DNA of 62,396 bases from Octopus bimaculoides (taxonomy: Eukaryota), in the NCBI RefSeq assembly GCF_001194135.2, contig NC_068983.1:106830015-106892410 (forward strand), given 5' to 3'. Below the pieces are notes generated by a model that had not been told where the DNA came from, did no database searches, and worked only from the letters and a program-made list of their open reading frames with translations. The position numbers and the translations under genes are program-made. Positions 1 through 12,685 of the stretch are shown here, piece after piece. Each line of letters opens with the position of its first letter. Position 1 is the first letter of the stretch.

Positions 1-327
1 ATAATGTGTATACTGATGTTTAAGGGACTGAGAAAAGAAAGGATGTTAGGAAATAACAAGGATAATCAATACAGGAATCTGATGACTGATTTAAGTAGAT
101 TAGATGTTAAGGATAGAGATCAGGAATATATGTTGTAAAGTTTCAATTACCAAAATAAATATGTGCTAGTTGATAGTTCTAGATGACTATAATAGAAGTA
201 AGGTACTATAAATTTTGATAACTTTAGTTATTTAAATAAAAGTCCTATTTTTAAAAAAATTTAAAAGTGCGAGTAAAGCAATGCACACATGATACCCTAA
301 GGTCTAATTTGCTTATTATCATTATGG

Positions 328-520
328 GGTGGGTGGGTCACTCAACCTGCGTGAAATAGCAGCCAAATATCCTTCAAATCATGTCCCATTGTCTTAGAAA
401 AATACATGTCAGATAGTCTGGTCCTGAGTTCCCTGTACAGAGGAAGATGTTGTGATGTTCATGGTTGGAATGCTTTTGATCCTATATCTACTTGATCATG
501 GCTAACCTCTGATAAAAAAA
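328..520 (+). mobile_element. Decayed SINE-like repeat (family F, ends ...gacctggggctaaacaacaac)
   Basis: Shares segments (gaaatagcagccaaat, ggaatgc-tttgatc, gctgacc) with copies at about 7860-7975 (+), 23735-23950 (+), 15015-15065 (-) and 22680-22760 (-). Confidence 0.45.
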
Positions 521-1202
521 CATTCAGTTTTCTTGGTTAAGAATTTACTGGCTTCTCACACTTGTTGCTATTGAGTAATCAATGTTCAACCTTTCCTAAG
601 TAAAGTTTGTTTTGTTCCACACCTTCAAGATCAAGTCATTATTTTATTATACTGCATTTAATTAAAACTAAAAATACTAAAGCCTTTACTTCAAAACACA
701 ACGAGAATGGTAATGGCAAATTACAGAAACTCTCAAAGAAATTCCAAACCACAAGCAAAGATTTTTGTTTTTTTGCATAATTTCAAATTTAAAAAATTAC
801 ATCAAATGTAACAATTTTACATTGTCTCTAGAATCATGAAATCTTACAAATCCTTTAAACTGTGAAATCAAATTTTATGGTTATTCTGGTAATTATGTTA
901 AGATCTATCAAGAAACAATTGATATTTTCTGAAAGTCATGTTGCCTCAAAACTTGACATATCTCAACAGAAAATAGTTTCAAACATGACATTCCTCAATA
1001 AAAGATAGATTGGTATATAAAACTGCTTTCTGCAATTATGGATAATGAAATTTTGAGTGGATATATCTGATTTCCATAGTAATAGGGTTAATCCGACCAA
1101 CCATCTACATCATTAAACTTCCTTGTATTAAAATTCTGTTCCTGTTTGTGTGACTTCCTTTGTCTGTTGAAATGATTATGGTTTTGAAGACTTGTTTGTA
1201 CT

Positions 1203-1322
1203 TCATCTCCAAAAATCCCAGCCTCCTGTCTGTAGTTGGTTATTTCTTTCTTTATATATCTGCAATTCACTAATATTTAACTCTTTAAATTTTATATATC
1301 TCTCAACATCATACATTCTGAT
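1203..1322 (-). CDS. Candidate terminal coding exon of an unidentified gene (IRMYDVERYIKFKELNISELQIYKERNNQLQTGGWDFWR*)
   Basis: Minus-strand acceptor tatgtatttttctAG followed by 39 open codons in phase 0 and TGA. No homology recognised. Confidence 0.35.
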   Translation of the reverse strand: MRMYDVERYIKFKELNISELQIYKERNNQLQTGGWDFWR

Positions 1323-4300
1323 CTAGAAAAATACATAAGGGCTGTAAACAATGTCTTTTCTTGGCTACTGTATAAAAATATATTTCCCAGACATTTTAAA
1401 TGATGATGGTAATTCATTTGAAGGTCCAATGGTTATTTAAGTATTTCCAGTGAGTTTTTTTGGTGTCATATATCATTGTTTTTGTTCAATATGGTAGTCA
1501 ATTTGCTACTTTTATTTTTGACTTTCAGCTGATGGATGGGTTTTACTCCTGTTTTAACATTGAACTTTTGCATTAACTTAAATTATATTGTCTGATGGAA
1601 AATTATATTTAAAATTAAATTTTTCTTAATCTGTTCTATATCACAAGATTTTCAATTAAAAATAAGTTTTATTTTCTTTTAGCTCACACTTTATTTTTAT
1701 ATTTAATAATGTCACATTACAAATTTATCAAAATAATCATAAACTGAATATAATTTAAACCTTACAATGCAATCTAATGTTATTTGCATTTGATTAAAGG
1801 TAGAATGATTGTAATGAAAAAAAAATATATAGGAATATGACATATGTAAGAACTGAAGATTTGGGAATTCTTTGTCTTCAATTTCTTTGACAGTTACCGA
1901 GAATAACATTTGCTCTCTTTATTCGAGTGAGAAAAAAAAAATGAATTGATTATGGCCTGATACGAGATATGATTGTGTTATTTCTATCCATTGTTAGAAT
2001 TGTAAATATAAAGTGTTGTGATCAACAGGGCTTAAGGCTGAAAATTGCACAGCTTGACTGACAACGAGACATCTTTGTACAACTCTAAAAAAACAGAAAA
2101 CATCTTGAAGGCAAAACCAGCACATTGAATAGTATGACAAAGAATTAGCCAATGGGGTGTCAAACCAGCTATAAAAGAAGTCAATAAATAAAAGACATTC
2201 TTTATAATTTTGGTTCAACTAAGAAATATTTTCAACCTATTTTCAGCATCATTTCACATATCAAACTCTTCTCACACTTTTAATAGCTAGACTTATGTTC
2301 AATAGTGAGACATATTCCTGCTTCATGTGATGGTACATTGGTGAATAATAAGTTCAGTAAAGGAGTTAAGTTCAAACCCACATCACAGAAAATCCTTTTA
2401 TTACTTTACTCATAAAGATTTGAATGGTGCAATCAATTTTTCAAGTGCTCATCATAACTGAAATGCAATATTTTATTGTTGTTATTGATTCTGATTTGCT
2501 ACTGCAGCAATAAATTCAATTTTAAGGGTTTTACTATTGTAGAATTATCAGTCTTATTTGTGAGAAGTGATTCTTTACTTTATAACATGTTTTCTTTCAG
2601 AGTAGAATTTATGTTGGCTAAAAAAAGTAATAAAAATATAAAACAAAAAATAACTAAAGCAGACATATAAAAATAAAGAAAATATAACTTATAAAAAATA
2701 AGATAAAACAGTAAGTATGCCTCATTTACTAGTTGTTAGTGTAGTGCTTACTGATGTTTTCTGTTAGTTCAGCCATGTATTGATCATGTATGCTATCAAG
2801 TTGGCTTGCCATCAAAGTTTCACAACCAATTTAAAGAGCTATAAGAGTACAAGTTTTGTAATTGATTTTTAAGTTGGGAAAATCATCTCTTTAAGTAATT
2901 GATGCTACTTAACCTTTTGATAAATGAAGTGATATATTGGTCACTGTTGGCTGTGAATGGAATTTGTCACAAAAGCATTATTATCAATACAAACCCTGGC
3001 TGACCAATGGTACCATGGAAAATAAACCACTTACTGAAAGGTTAAAGAGCCTCTTCAAAATTAACTCTTTGACAAAAAGCTAATGTCTTATTTCTTTATC
3101 AACTAATTCATTCACTGCCAAATTGTTGCTGTCTGGTCTCAATGTATACAGAAATCATAGTTATTGTATTGGAAATGTCACTGATACAAAAAAAAAAAAA
3201 ATGGATGACTTAACCTAAATGCTTAACGAGAAATTTTTGTGCAGTTTATATTTTCCAAGAATTCATAAGTATGATCCATTATCATATTTTATAAGCTGTT
3301 ACCTATATGTCATTCATTTTCATTGGCTTGTTAGCCTTCAGACTGGTGTTGATGCAAGAAAATAGTTTATAAAGTATCAGAATGAATTGAATTCCATAGT
3401 AATTACATTATGATGCTAATTTGAACTAAAATATCATTGTGAATATAAGCTAAAGAAAATATTGCAAACATGCTTATGTGATTTGCTATGCAGCTACTGT
3501 GATTGCTGCTTTATGTTACAAAGACAAAGATATTGATAAACTGGATATTGTGAATGACTAGTGGAATAAACTATTCTATACTGATATACAGAAAATAGTA
3601 AAATAAATGACAAAAGATTTTATTACATGTCCTACATGCAGCTGTTAGAATTAAGAGTTAGACATTCTTTTCAAGCTTACCTTTTGTTATATTAAAAAAT
3701 CTTTCTTTCATAATTTTTTTCTTTACTGTCCAGTCACATCTATTTTTCACCTTCTGACTATTAAATCATTGTTATCAAAAATAAAATACCTATAAAACGA
3801 CAGTTTAATGACTTATCAAACTGTCTGCCCATATTTCTCTCTAGATACTTTATAAAAAATTATTCTGCTTATCTATTTCTACTGATAGAGGTAAGAATTA
3901 CAGAGATAAATTTATGATACATAATTTAATAGAGAACTGACTTTTCTTTGTTATTACGCCATTTAATGAATGTTTTCTAGTTTTTCATGAATATTTTATG
4001 AGTTCTAAAATTAAAATATTACCAGCAATCAATCTAGAAGATAAACCCTATAATCCCAGTTTACCAAAGTAGTGATTCTATGAGAAGTAGTCTAATAAAC
4101 TTTCCTATGAATTGCATAGATTAATCAGAACACTTTCTGCAGTATCAAATAAATGATAGACAGATTGCTTCTCAGACTAGAGGCTAGACTACTGCAGCTA
4201 GTATTACCAAAGGTTTTCGGTACCTTTTATACATTTAGTTATGCTGGAATGAAAAGAAGCCAGTCTTCTGCTAAGTATAACATCTAGCAATTGGTCCTTT

Positions 4301-4339
4301 GTTTAATAAGATGCTTATCTCTGGCTTCTGTGGTTTTAA

Positions 4340-4557
4340 CCCTATAGCATTTAAACTGGCCATATCCAGCCTAATTATTCTATGTGTTTAATGTTTAAAC
4401 TAACTAGATCTGGACTATCACACCTACCCAACAATGTCATTCAAAAATTGTACAACCACATCATCAAAATTTCAAAGCTACGAGATAATATATTATTAAT
4501 TCAAAACAATGAAAAAATAAGCATTATATTTGACAGAGTAATCTGAATGCTAAAGGG
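4340..4557 (+). mobile_element. piggyBac-type MITE (family E), complete
   Basis: TTAA at 4336-4339 and 4558-4561; termini ccctatagcatt / aatgctaaaggg (11/12 inverted match); CCC...GGG ends; 218 bp, non-coding. Confidence 0.75.
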
Positions 4558-5334
4558 TTAAAGCAGATAAGAGGAAAATTTAAACCTGGGGAGGCTTACA
4601 GTCTATTTGTAGATAAGATTTTTCTCATGGGAAGAACTGAACTCAGAGCTGTATTTGTTAATTTTATTTGCTGTTGCATACATTTGTAAACTATGCCAGT
4701 GAATAGGAAAAGAATCTACCAACATTTAGGGCGTATGGTTGCTGTCTTATTTACATAGTCATTTATATACACTCACATAAAGACATACAAAACCAAATGA
4801 AATAAGATCTTATATGTGTGTGTGCATACATGTATATGTGTGTGTGAGTGTGTATGCACGTGTGTATAAAATCCAATAACTAGGTTATAGTATATTACAG
4901 GTGATTTATTGCACAGAAACAATACATGAATGCTGTGTATAAACTGTATTTAACCGCTACTTCTGAGAAGTGTTGAACACAAACAATAGCTAAAATGCTT
5001 TGTACAAAATTTGTGAGGAAACCTTTCTATAAACATGTGAGATTTATAAAATAAAGAAACTCTCACAAATGTGTCATCATCATCGTTTTAATGTCCACTT
5101 TTCTTTGCTTGCATGGCTTTTGCAGAGTATACTTAGGCAGATTTTCAATGGGTGGATATTCTTACTTGTTTTGAAGCAAATGTAATATTTCCCCATGGCC
5201 AGACATCGTTTTTGCAGAATATTTGAAATGAATGATATTCATTTACAGTCACACGATGTCATGAGAAGGAGTCACAAACATACACACGCACTCACACATA
5301 CACATATATCACCACCACCACCACCACCACCACC

Positions 5335-5650
5335 ATCATCATCATCATCGTCATCATCATTTAATGTCCATTTTGAAAAGAGCTGGTAAGGCACCAAGCT
5401 CTCTTGCTTATTCTGACAGGATGATGTTTGAAGAAGATTTGGCTGCAATTTGCATGGTTTCTATGGCTGGATGCCCGTTCAAATGCCAATCACTCTAATA
5501 GAGTGTACTGGATGTTTTTTTTTACATGGCACCAGCACTGGTATCAATTCTGCAGTGGTGGTAGGGTTTTCTTGAGAACAGCAAGGTGCCAGATATCTTG
5601 GTTCTTTGTCATCCCCTTCGTTAGGGTCAGTGTCTTGAGAATAGTCTTCA
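5335..5650 (-). mobile_element. RTE-like LINE 3' end
   Basis: Minus frame VLKTILKTLTLTKGMTKNQDIWHLAVLKKT resembles the RTE ORF2 C-terminus; followed by the gcatccagccatagaaacc UTR block and (GAT)n tail. Confidence 0.6.
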
Positions 5651-5669
5651 GTACTTATATATATATTTT

Positions 5670-6070
5670 ACTCTTTTACTCTTTTACTTGTTTCAGTCAT
5701 TTGACTGCGGCCATGCTGGAGCACCACCTTTTAGTCGAGCAAATCGACCCCAGGACTTATTCTTTGTAAGCCTAATACTTATTCTATCGGTCTCTTTTGC
5801 TGAACCGCTAAGTTACGGGGACGTAAACACACCACCATCGGTTGTCAAGCGATGTTGTGGGGACAAACACAGACACACAGACATATACACACACATACAT
5901 ATATACGACGGGCTTCTTTCAGTTTCCATCTACCAAATCCACTCACAAGGCTTTGGTCGGCCCGAGTCTATAATAGAAGACACTTGCCCAATGTGCCATG
6001 CAGTGGGACTGAACCTGGAACCATGTGGTTGGTAAGCAAGCGACTTACCACACAGCCATTCCTACACCTG
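5670..6070 (-). mobile_element. tRNA-derived SINE family A, full length
   Basis: Head with A-box (tggctgtgtggtaag) and B-box-like ggttccaggttcagtccc, caccttgggcaagt core, central TA/CA tract, tail cagtcaaatgactgaaacaagtaaaagagtaaaagag. Confidence 0.85.
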
Positions 6071-6940
6071 TATTTAACCACTATAATATATATATATGTA
6101 TGTATGCATATGTATGCATGTATGTGTGTGTATGTATATATGTATGTAATATTCCTCATCACCATCGTAATGATAATGGGCTATTATTTTACTATCTTGA
6201 CTTACTTACCTCTTATAGATACTTACCTTGGTATATTAAAACAAACAATACCTTTGGGAATCTTTGTATGTTTTTTTTAGGTATTATTGCTAAAATATGT
6301 AATGTGATACATCGTTTCGTAGTACCAGTATATTCTACAAAATGAGAAAGATGCAGTCATTGTTTCATATGTCGCATGCATACATACATAATTTTACATA
6401 GGTGGAACGATTAGAGGAGGTCTTCACGGTCATTTTAAGACCAAAACCAGCTTCCTAACTCCATTCCTTGCCGAGATATCACATTCTGAAAGTTGTGAAA
6501 CTTTGACTGTGTTTTTCTCAGTTTTTAAGTTGTGGTGCTTATGATAGTCTGTTACCATTTATTCATGGCTAAATCAAGCACTCACTTTATTGATTCTTTA
6601 CAAAGACATAAATTTAGAGAAGAGAGAAATGAGATTGTGAAACATTCATACTTTTCTTAAGAACCTTCAACACTAAAGATATAGTGAATTGTGAATTGGC
6701 CTCAGCTGGATATTTGAACTAGCTTGCTGACTCAGCTGGAGGGAATTTATTTGATGCTAACAAATATTTTCCACCACCTACACTTAAGTTTATTAAATAA
6801 ATTTTAATCCCTTTAGAAATTTTTTGGTGTCAGATGTTCTAATCATTGACATTTTAAACACCTTGATGCATGCACTGAGAGACATACTTCTGTAAGGTTT
6901 GATATATTTTCTGAAACAGACAGGAAGTCAGCAATTCATT

Positions 6941-7002
<62 letters not shown>

Positions 7003-7279
7003 NNNNNNNNNNNNNNNNNNNNNNNNNNNNNNNNNNNNNNNNNNNNNNNNNNNNNNNNNNNNNNNNNNNNNNNNNNNNNNNNNNNNNNNNNNNNNNNNNN
7101 NNNNNNNNNNNNNNNNNNNNNNNNNNNNNNNNNNNNNNNNNNNNNNNNNNNNNNNNNNNNNNNNNNNNNNNNNNNNNNNNNNNNNNNNNNNNNNNNNNNN
7201 NNNNNNNNNNNNNNNNNNNNNNNNNNNNNNNNNNNNNNNNNNNNNNNNNNNNNNNNNNNNNNNNNNNNNNNNNNNNNNN

Positions 7280-7344
<65 letters not shown>

Positions 7345-7959
7345 CACATATATATATATACACACACACACACACATAAAATGCACATATGTATAAAAGA
7401 GTGGAAAAAAATATTTATGATTATATATTTGTCTAAGTAAACAAGTTAAGAAAAAAAAAATAGTAAAGAGAAATAAAATATGGAATTAAAAGGAAAGGTT
7501 TGTTATCAAGATCTTTATAGGAAAAAACTTAGCTTTATTAAGTTGTTTTTGGTTCCCCCTGAAGTATTTCCCATTTATATTTGTAAGAAAAAAAAAAAAA
7601 GACAAAAAAAAAACAAAGCAAAAAACAAATGAAAAGTAATGCTTGAAATATATATCTTCATACATTTTCCCTATAGTGTACAAACTCATGTCCCATAGTA
7701 AATCAACCTACATAGTTAACCATATGATGTTAAGCAATGCCATATTAAAATGTAGTTTGAAATGAAAAGCATGGTTTCAAATGCTTGATCTGCTATGAAC
7801 CATACCTGAATCTTCCTCAAACATCATCCAACTATCTTAAACAGAACATAATAGATAATATAGTTTTAGGTATGGTCATGCTTGAATGAAGACTGGCTGG
7901 TCATAGAGTGACTGTCTTTGATCATAGGCTGGCTTGATTAGAACGAACCTGGGGCTAAA

Positions 7960-8472
7960 CAACAACTATAACAACAGCAAGAAAAAAGAAGAATAGCAGA
8001 AGGAGGAGGAGAAGAGGAGAGGAAAAGAAGAGAAGAGGAGGGGAAAGGTAGAAGAGGAGGGGAAAGGAAGAAGAGGAGGATGAGGAGAAGAAGAAGAAGA
8101 AGAAGAGTAGGAAAAGAAAAGGAGGACGAGAAGAAAAGAAAAAAGAGAAGAAAAAAAAGAGAAGAAAAGGAGGAGAAGGAAAAGAAGAGGGGGAGAAGAA
8201 GAAGATGAGGATGAGGAGCAGAGAAAGAAAAGAAGAGTAGGAGGAGGAGAAGAAGAGAAAGAGAAGGTGAAGAAGTGCAGGGTAGAAGAAGAAGAAGTGG
8301 AGGGGAGAACAATATGAAGAAGAGAAGAAAGGGAGGAGGTGAAGAAAAGAAGAAAAAGAAAAGAAGAAGAAGAAGAAGAAGAAGAAGAAAGAGAAGAAGA
8401 AGAAGAAAAGAAAAAGAAGAAGAAGAAGAAGAAGAAGAAGAAGAAGAAGAGAAAAAGAAAAAGAAGTAGAAG

Positions 8473-8504
<32 letters not shown>

Positions 8505-8630
8505 GAAGAAGTAGAAGAAGAAGAAGAGGAAAAAGAAAAAGAAGAAGAAGAAGAAGAAGAGGAAAAAGAAGAAGTAGAAGAAGTAGTAGTAGAAGAAGAA
8601 AAAGAAGAAGAAGAAGAAATGAAATGAAAT
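7960..8630. repeat. Purine-rich (GAA)n/(GGA)n low-complexity tract
   Basis: Long degenerate GAA triplet run; source of the poly-K/E/R ORFs. Confidence 0.95.
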
Positions 8631-9507
8631 TATTAAGTATTGATTTAGCGATTATAATCCTGAGATACTTTTTCTTTTTCAAAAAGCATGTTTTTGTATA
8701 ATTTAACAGATCAATAAAAAAAATACAAACAATTTAGTTCATTACTAAGAGTAGAAGCAGTATATAAATGATGAATGTTGTTATTAATTTTTCACTGCTT
8801 ACACTAAATCCTTCTTTAAGTTTATCTTAAAACAGATATGTCCTAAATATACTATTCTGAGATGAAGTCTTTTATATACTCCAATGTCCCAACAACTGTT
8901 GTTGCTATTGTTGTTGTTATGATTGTTGTTGTTATTGACTAATCCCAAGTAAGCCATTGCAGTCCTATATTTTTATAGATCTAAGACTATATCATTAAGA
9001 TGATAGGGTGTGAATGAAGGGAATTCAGCTGTCATTTTTAGCATAGAGGGAAGCTCTGTTGTTCACTCTATGCACCAAGTGTTTACCTAAATGGAACAGG
9101 AAGTATATCTGCTTTATTAATTCTAATAATTAATATTGTCATTTTATCTTCAGAAATGTTTGAAATAATTAAATTCAATCCATTTCAAATATATTAACTT
9201 CTGAATTGTGAGTTCTTTGCCACGAGATTCCCATGGGAATTTCTGTATTATTGCCTTGCTGGTTTTACTCAGAGAATGAAGAAGAAATCAAAGAATTACA
9301 AAAACAATTTTGAAATTTAGAAGATTAATTTAAAATGCTTAACAATGTTGAAGCACACTCTACACTGGGAAAACTTATATGATTGACAGTAAGCATGGCT
9401 GTATGGTTAAGATGTTTACTTCACAATCAATGATGCAGTTGCAGGTTCAATCCCACAAGACTGCATGGAAGCTTATCAGATTGACTGCATCTGTTTGTTT
9501 GACTTAA

Positions 9508-9726
9508 CTCTTAGCATCCAGATTACTCTGTCAAATGTAATGCTTATTCATTCACATTGTTTTGAATTAATCATGCATTATTTCAAAGCTTTAAGATGTT
9601 GATGATGTGATTGTTTACTTTTTAGAATTACATTGTAGGGTAGGTGTGAGAGTCCAGATGTGGATGGTTTGAACATAAAACAGGTAAAATGTTTGTGCTG
9701 GATATGACTGGTTTAAATTCTAAGGG
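9508..9726 (-). mobile_element. piggyBac-type MITE family E, decayed
   Basis: Reverse-complement match to 4340-4557; ttaa-ctcttagcat at the left end, taaggg-ttta at the right end. Confidence 0.65.
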
Positions 9727-9865
9727 TTTATCTATTTCATGGTCTAACATTATTATCTAATCCCTAGGAACTCTTAATGGGCACCATTCTGTCACAGGCA
9801 TTCAAACCAGGCCCCTGTTCTGTGAATGACTTTAGAATCTTCATTTCTTACTCTGATTCTCTTAC

Positions 9866-9916
9866 CAGTCTCAGAAGCCCTGATAATGGATATTGGTTTT
9901 TCTCTTCTGGATAAAC
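9866..9916 (-). CDS. Candidate 51-bp internal exon (VYPEEKNQYPLSGLLRL, or LSRREKPISIIRASET in another frame)
   Basis: Acceptor tctgtttctaAG, donor CTG|GTAAGA; two of three frames are open. Confidence 0.3.
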
Positions 9917-10189
9917 CTTAGAAACAGATTTAAACACAAAAACAAAATGCATTTTCTATAAAAGTAAATGTTAGCCAGGAACCAAATTTTTTTCTTTCAA
10001 AATTAAATATGTGGTATGCAAGAATGTTCTGGATGTCACATTTATACAAAGAATATATGTTGTTCTTAATAGATAAGTAATGAACACAACAGATGAAAAT
10101 GGACAGCACCAATCTTATCTAATGCATAACTTATAAAAAGAATGTTTAGTCAAGTAAAACAATATTAAACTACAAGCTGGGTCTCATGG

Positions 10190-10465
10190 AGGTGATGACA
10201 AGTGATTTGCTGTGCTTGAGAAAACGTGTCAACTAGTTGTGGCTGGTGGTGGTGACATGTAAAAGCACCTGTAGCAGTGATATGGGAAAGGCACCCAGTA
10301 CATTCTTGGAGTGGCTGGCATTAGGAAGGGCATCTAGCCATAGAAACCAAGACAAAATCAGACTGGAACCTGGTGCAGCTCTCTGGCTTACCAGGTCCAG
10401 TCAAAACATCTAACCCATGCCAGCATGGAAAGCAGATGCTAAATGATGATGATGATGGTGATGAA
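10190..10465 (+). mobile_element. RTE-like LINE 3' end
   Basis: gctgtgcttgagaaaac (AVLEK) then ggcattaggaagggcatc...gcatggaaagcagatgctaaa(tga)n. Confidence 0.65.
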
Positions 10466-10842
10466 GTTGAGTCAATGGCTAATATTCAAATTCAAAGCAA
10501 ATCCATAGGTACAAATCCGACAACCAAATTTTGGTAATTAATGTAAAACTATTGAAATGTAAATGTGAATATTTTGAACAATTGCTGCAGAGTTTTAGTG
10601 TAATCTTAAAGAGATACTTGATTGAAAATTTCTGAAAATTAGTTATTTTAAAGCATTGCTACAAGGATCTACTTCTAATTTCACTCTTTCTCTCTCTCAC
10701 ACACTCTCTCTCTCTCTGTTTCTGTATATATTATATATCTATATCTCTCTGTCTATATATGCACATATATATGTGTATATGCATAGGTATATATGTATGC
10801 ACACATGCATGGAAGCACATACACACATGTACGCACATGCAT

Positions 10843-10903
<61 letters not shown>

Positions 10904-10913
10904 TAGAAAGGCA

Positions 10914-11267
10914 GATAAACACAAGTAGGCTTAATGTGTATGTTTACATGGAATACAAAATACAAGGTATGGAAAAAAGTAAACTGAAGGAATTATGTAA
11001 TATTCTTATCTTGACATCTGTTTCGGGAGCAGCATGGTTTATGTCATAATCACATTCATACATAGCAGATGCACATGATGTCATACTTGTGTTTATGACA
11101 TAGGTTTCATGGCTTCATCTCACATAGCCATTGGAGCCATGGCACTCTCAAAACAGCTATTAAGATAAGACTATTACATAATTCCACTATTTTTTTGTAT
11201 TCTTTATTTCATACTCTGGGCTTTGTATTCCATGTAAATGTACACATTAAGCCTACTTGTGTTCATC
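10914..11267. repeat. Fold-back inverted repeat with degenerate HHR 3' half (PLE-like)
   Basis: Arms of roughly 140-190 bp. Left arm reads GAAAC-AGAT-GTC on minus (11013-11024); right arm reads aaaac-agct-att on plus. Confidence 0.65.
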
Positions 11268-11588
11268 AATCTTTCTACCTCTATAACAGCTCGACAATGA
11301 TCATTCTTATGACTAACTTTCAATGTCAGAGGTACTAACCCTGGATGAAGGTGCTGGAGTTTCAGTTCTCATCCTTCTGAGAAACTGCCCTGTGATATCT
11401 GTACTATGCTTACTTAGATTTCTTCAACAAGCATGGCTGTGTGATAAAAAAAAACTTAGTTCAGTAGTCATAGTGACTAAGAAATTGAGCAAGTAATCTT
11501 CCAGGTTCTAGACAAAGCTGACAGAATGAGAAGCTTGATAGTACATTGTTAACGGTTCAACGTCTTCAAAGCAACTAACACAACTTAC

Positions 11589-11688
11589 TGTTTTTAAATG
11601 CATTTTCAACTTGGGCAGAAGTTGTAGTTTGAATTTGTGCAATGCCAACTTTAACTGGTCAGCGTCTGTCCCAAACAACTAACTCATG
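11589..11688 (-). CDS. Candidate exon with strong splice sites but a stop in all frames from the best acceptor
   Basis: Acceptor atttttttactgcAG, donor ACA|GTAAGT. Phase 0 reads HELVVWDRR*PVKVGIAQIQTTTSAQVENAFKN. An alternative acceptor 10 nt in gives open LFGTDADQLKLALHKFKLQLLPKLKMHLKT. Confidence 0.25.
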
Positions 11689-12128
11689 CTGCAGTAAAAA
11701 AATAAATTTATCATGTCTTACTACACTACTATTACTAACAGGCAACAAATACTACCATGGTTGACTCTGTCTTTTACTGTTTTAGAGTGGATAAAATAAA
11801 TTGCCAGTCAAATAGTGGAGCCAGTGGTATAGACTAACAATTGCTGGCCTTGTGTCTGAATAAAATGTTATTAGCACACAACAAGACAACTTTTGCATAA
11901 TATTTATCTTTCATCTGCTTTATATGTCCATATTAGTGCAGTTGTCTATACTGCAAGCATTCAATGTCTTTAAATCCCAACAACTTTCTCAGCTCAACAT
12001 AAATAAAAGGATATCTCTTATATAAATAGTTTCACTGGTTCTTTATTAAATTTTCTGTTTAATTTCTCCATCAAACATTACAAAACTGTATTAATACAAA
12101 TTATGTTTAAAACAATATCTTCCCACAT

Positions 12129-12177
<49 letters not shown>

Positions 12178-12195
12178 CACACACGCACACACACA

Positions 12196-12229
<34 letters not shown>

Positions 12230-12284
12230 TTCTGTAACTATAAAATTGAAAATAATATCATAAATGCTATCGTTGTTTTGTTTT

Positions 12285-12685
12285 CATCATCATCATCATT
12301 TAACGTCTATTTTCCTTGCTGGCATGAATTGGATGGCTTGACCGGAACGAGCAAGGCCAGAGGCTGCATCAGGTTCCACAGTCTGTTTTGGCTTGGTTTC
12401 TATGGCTGGATGTTTTTCCTAATGCCAACCACTCCATAGAGTGTACTGGGTGCTTTTAACATAGCACCATTACCAGTACTTTGTACATGGTACCAGCACC
12501 CACACAAATGCTTTTAATGTTGCACCTTGGTTTTAGGATCTCACTTTCATTGTGGTGGGTGAGTCTTCTTGAGCACAGCAATGTACCATGTATCTCAGTC
12601 CTCTGTCATCTCCTTTTTAAGGCTCAGTATTTTGATACTTCATCCCATGTCTTCCTGGGTCTCCTTCTTCCACAGCTTCCCTCCA
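12285..12685 (-). mobile_element. RTE-like LINE 3' end with ORF2 remnant
   Basis: Minus translation VEGSCGRRRPRKTWDEV...KKEMTED*DTWYIAVLKKT (RTE-type GRPxKTW motif), UTR and (GAT)n tail. Confidence 0.75.

Noticed and set aside
79-137. CUGAUGA-CUGAU...AUCAG-GAA hammerhead-like motif
   Set aside because: A15.1 missing and no stem I pairing.
1712-3190. Protein-like minus-strand fragments (EIEDKEFPNL, GLTPHWLILCH, LYTLRPDSNNL)
   Set aside because: Interrupted by stops; could be exons or an ancient transposase, and cannot be distinguished by eye.
6854-7396. Long ORFs such as poly-HT, poly-CV, poly-YI and ORFs spanning N-gaps (also at 16.8k, 19.7-20.5k, 39-41k, 47.6-49k, 56.5-58.5k)
   Set aside because: Translations of dinucleotide microsatellites or Ns; no coding evidence.
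7938-8701. K/E/R-rich and L/F/S-rich ORFs
   Set aside because: Products of a (GAA)n low-complexity tract.
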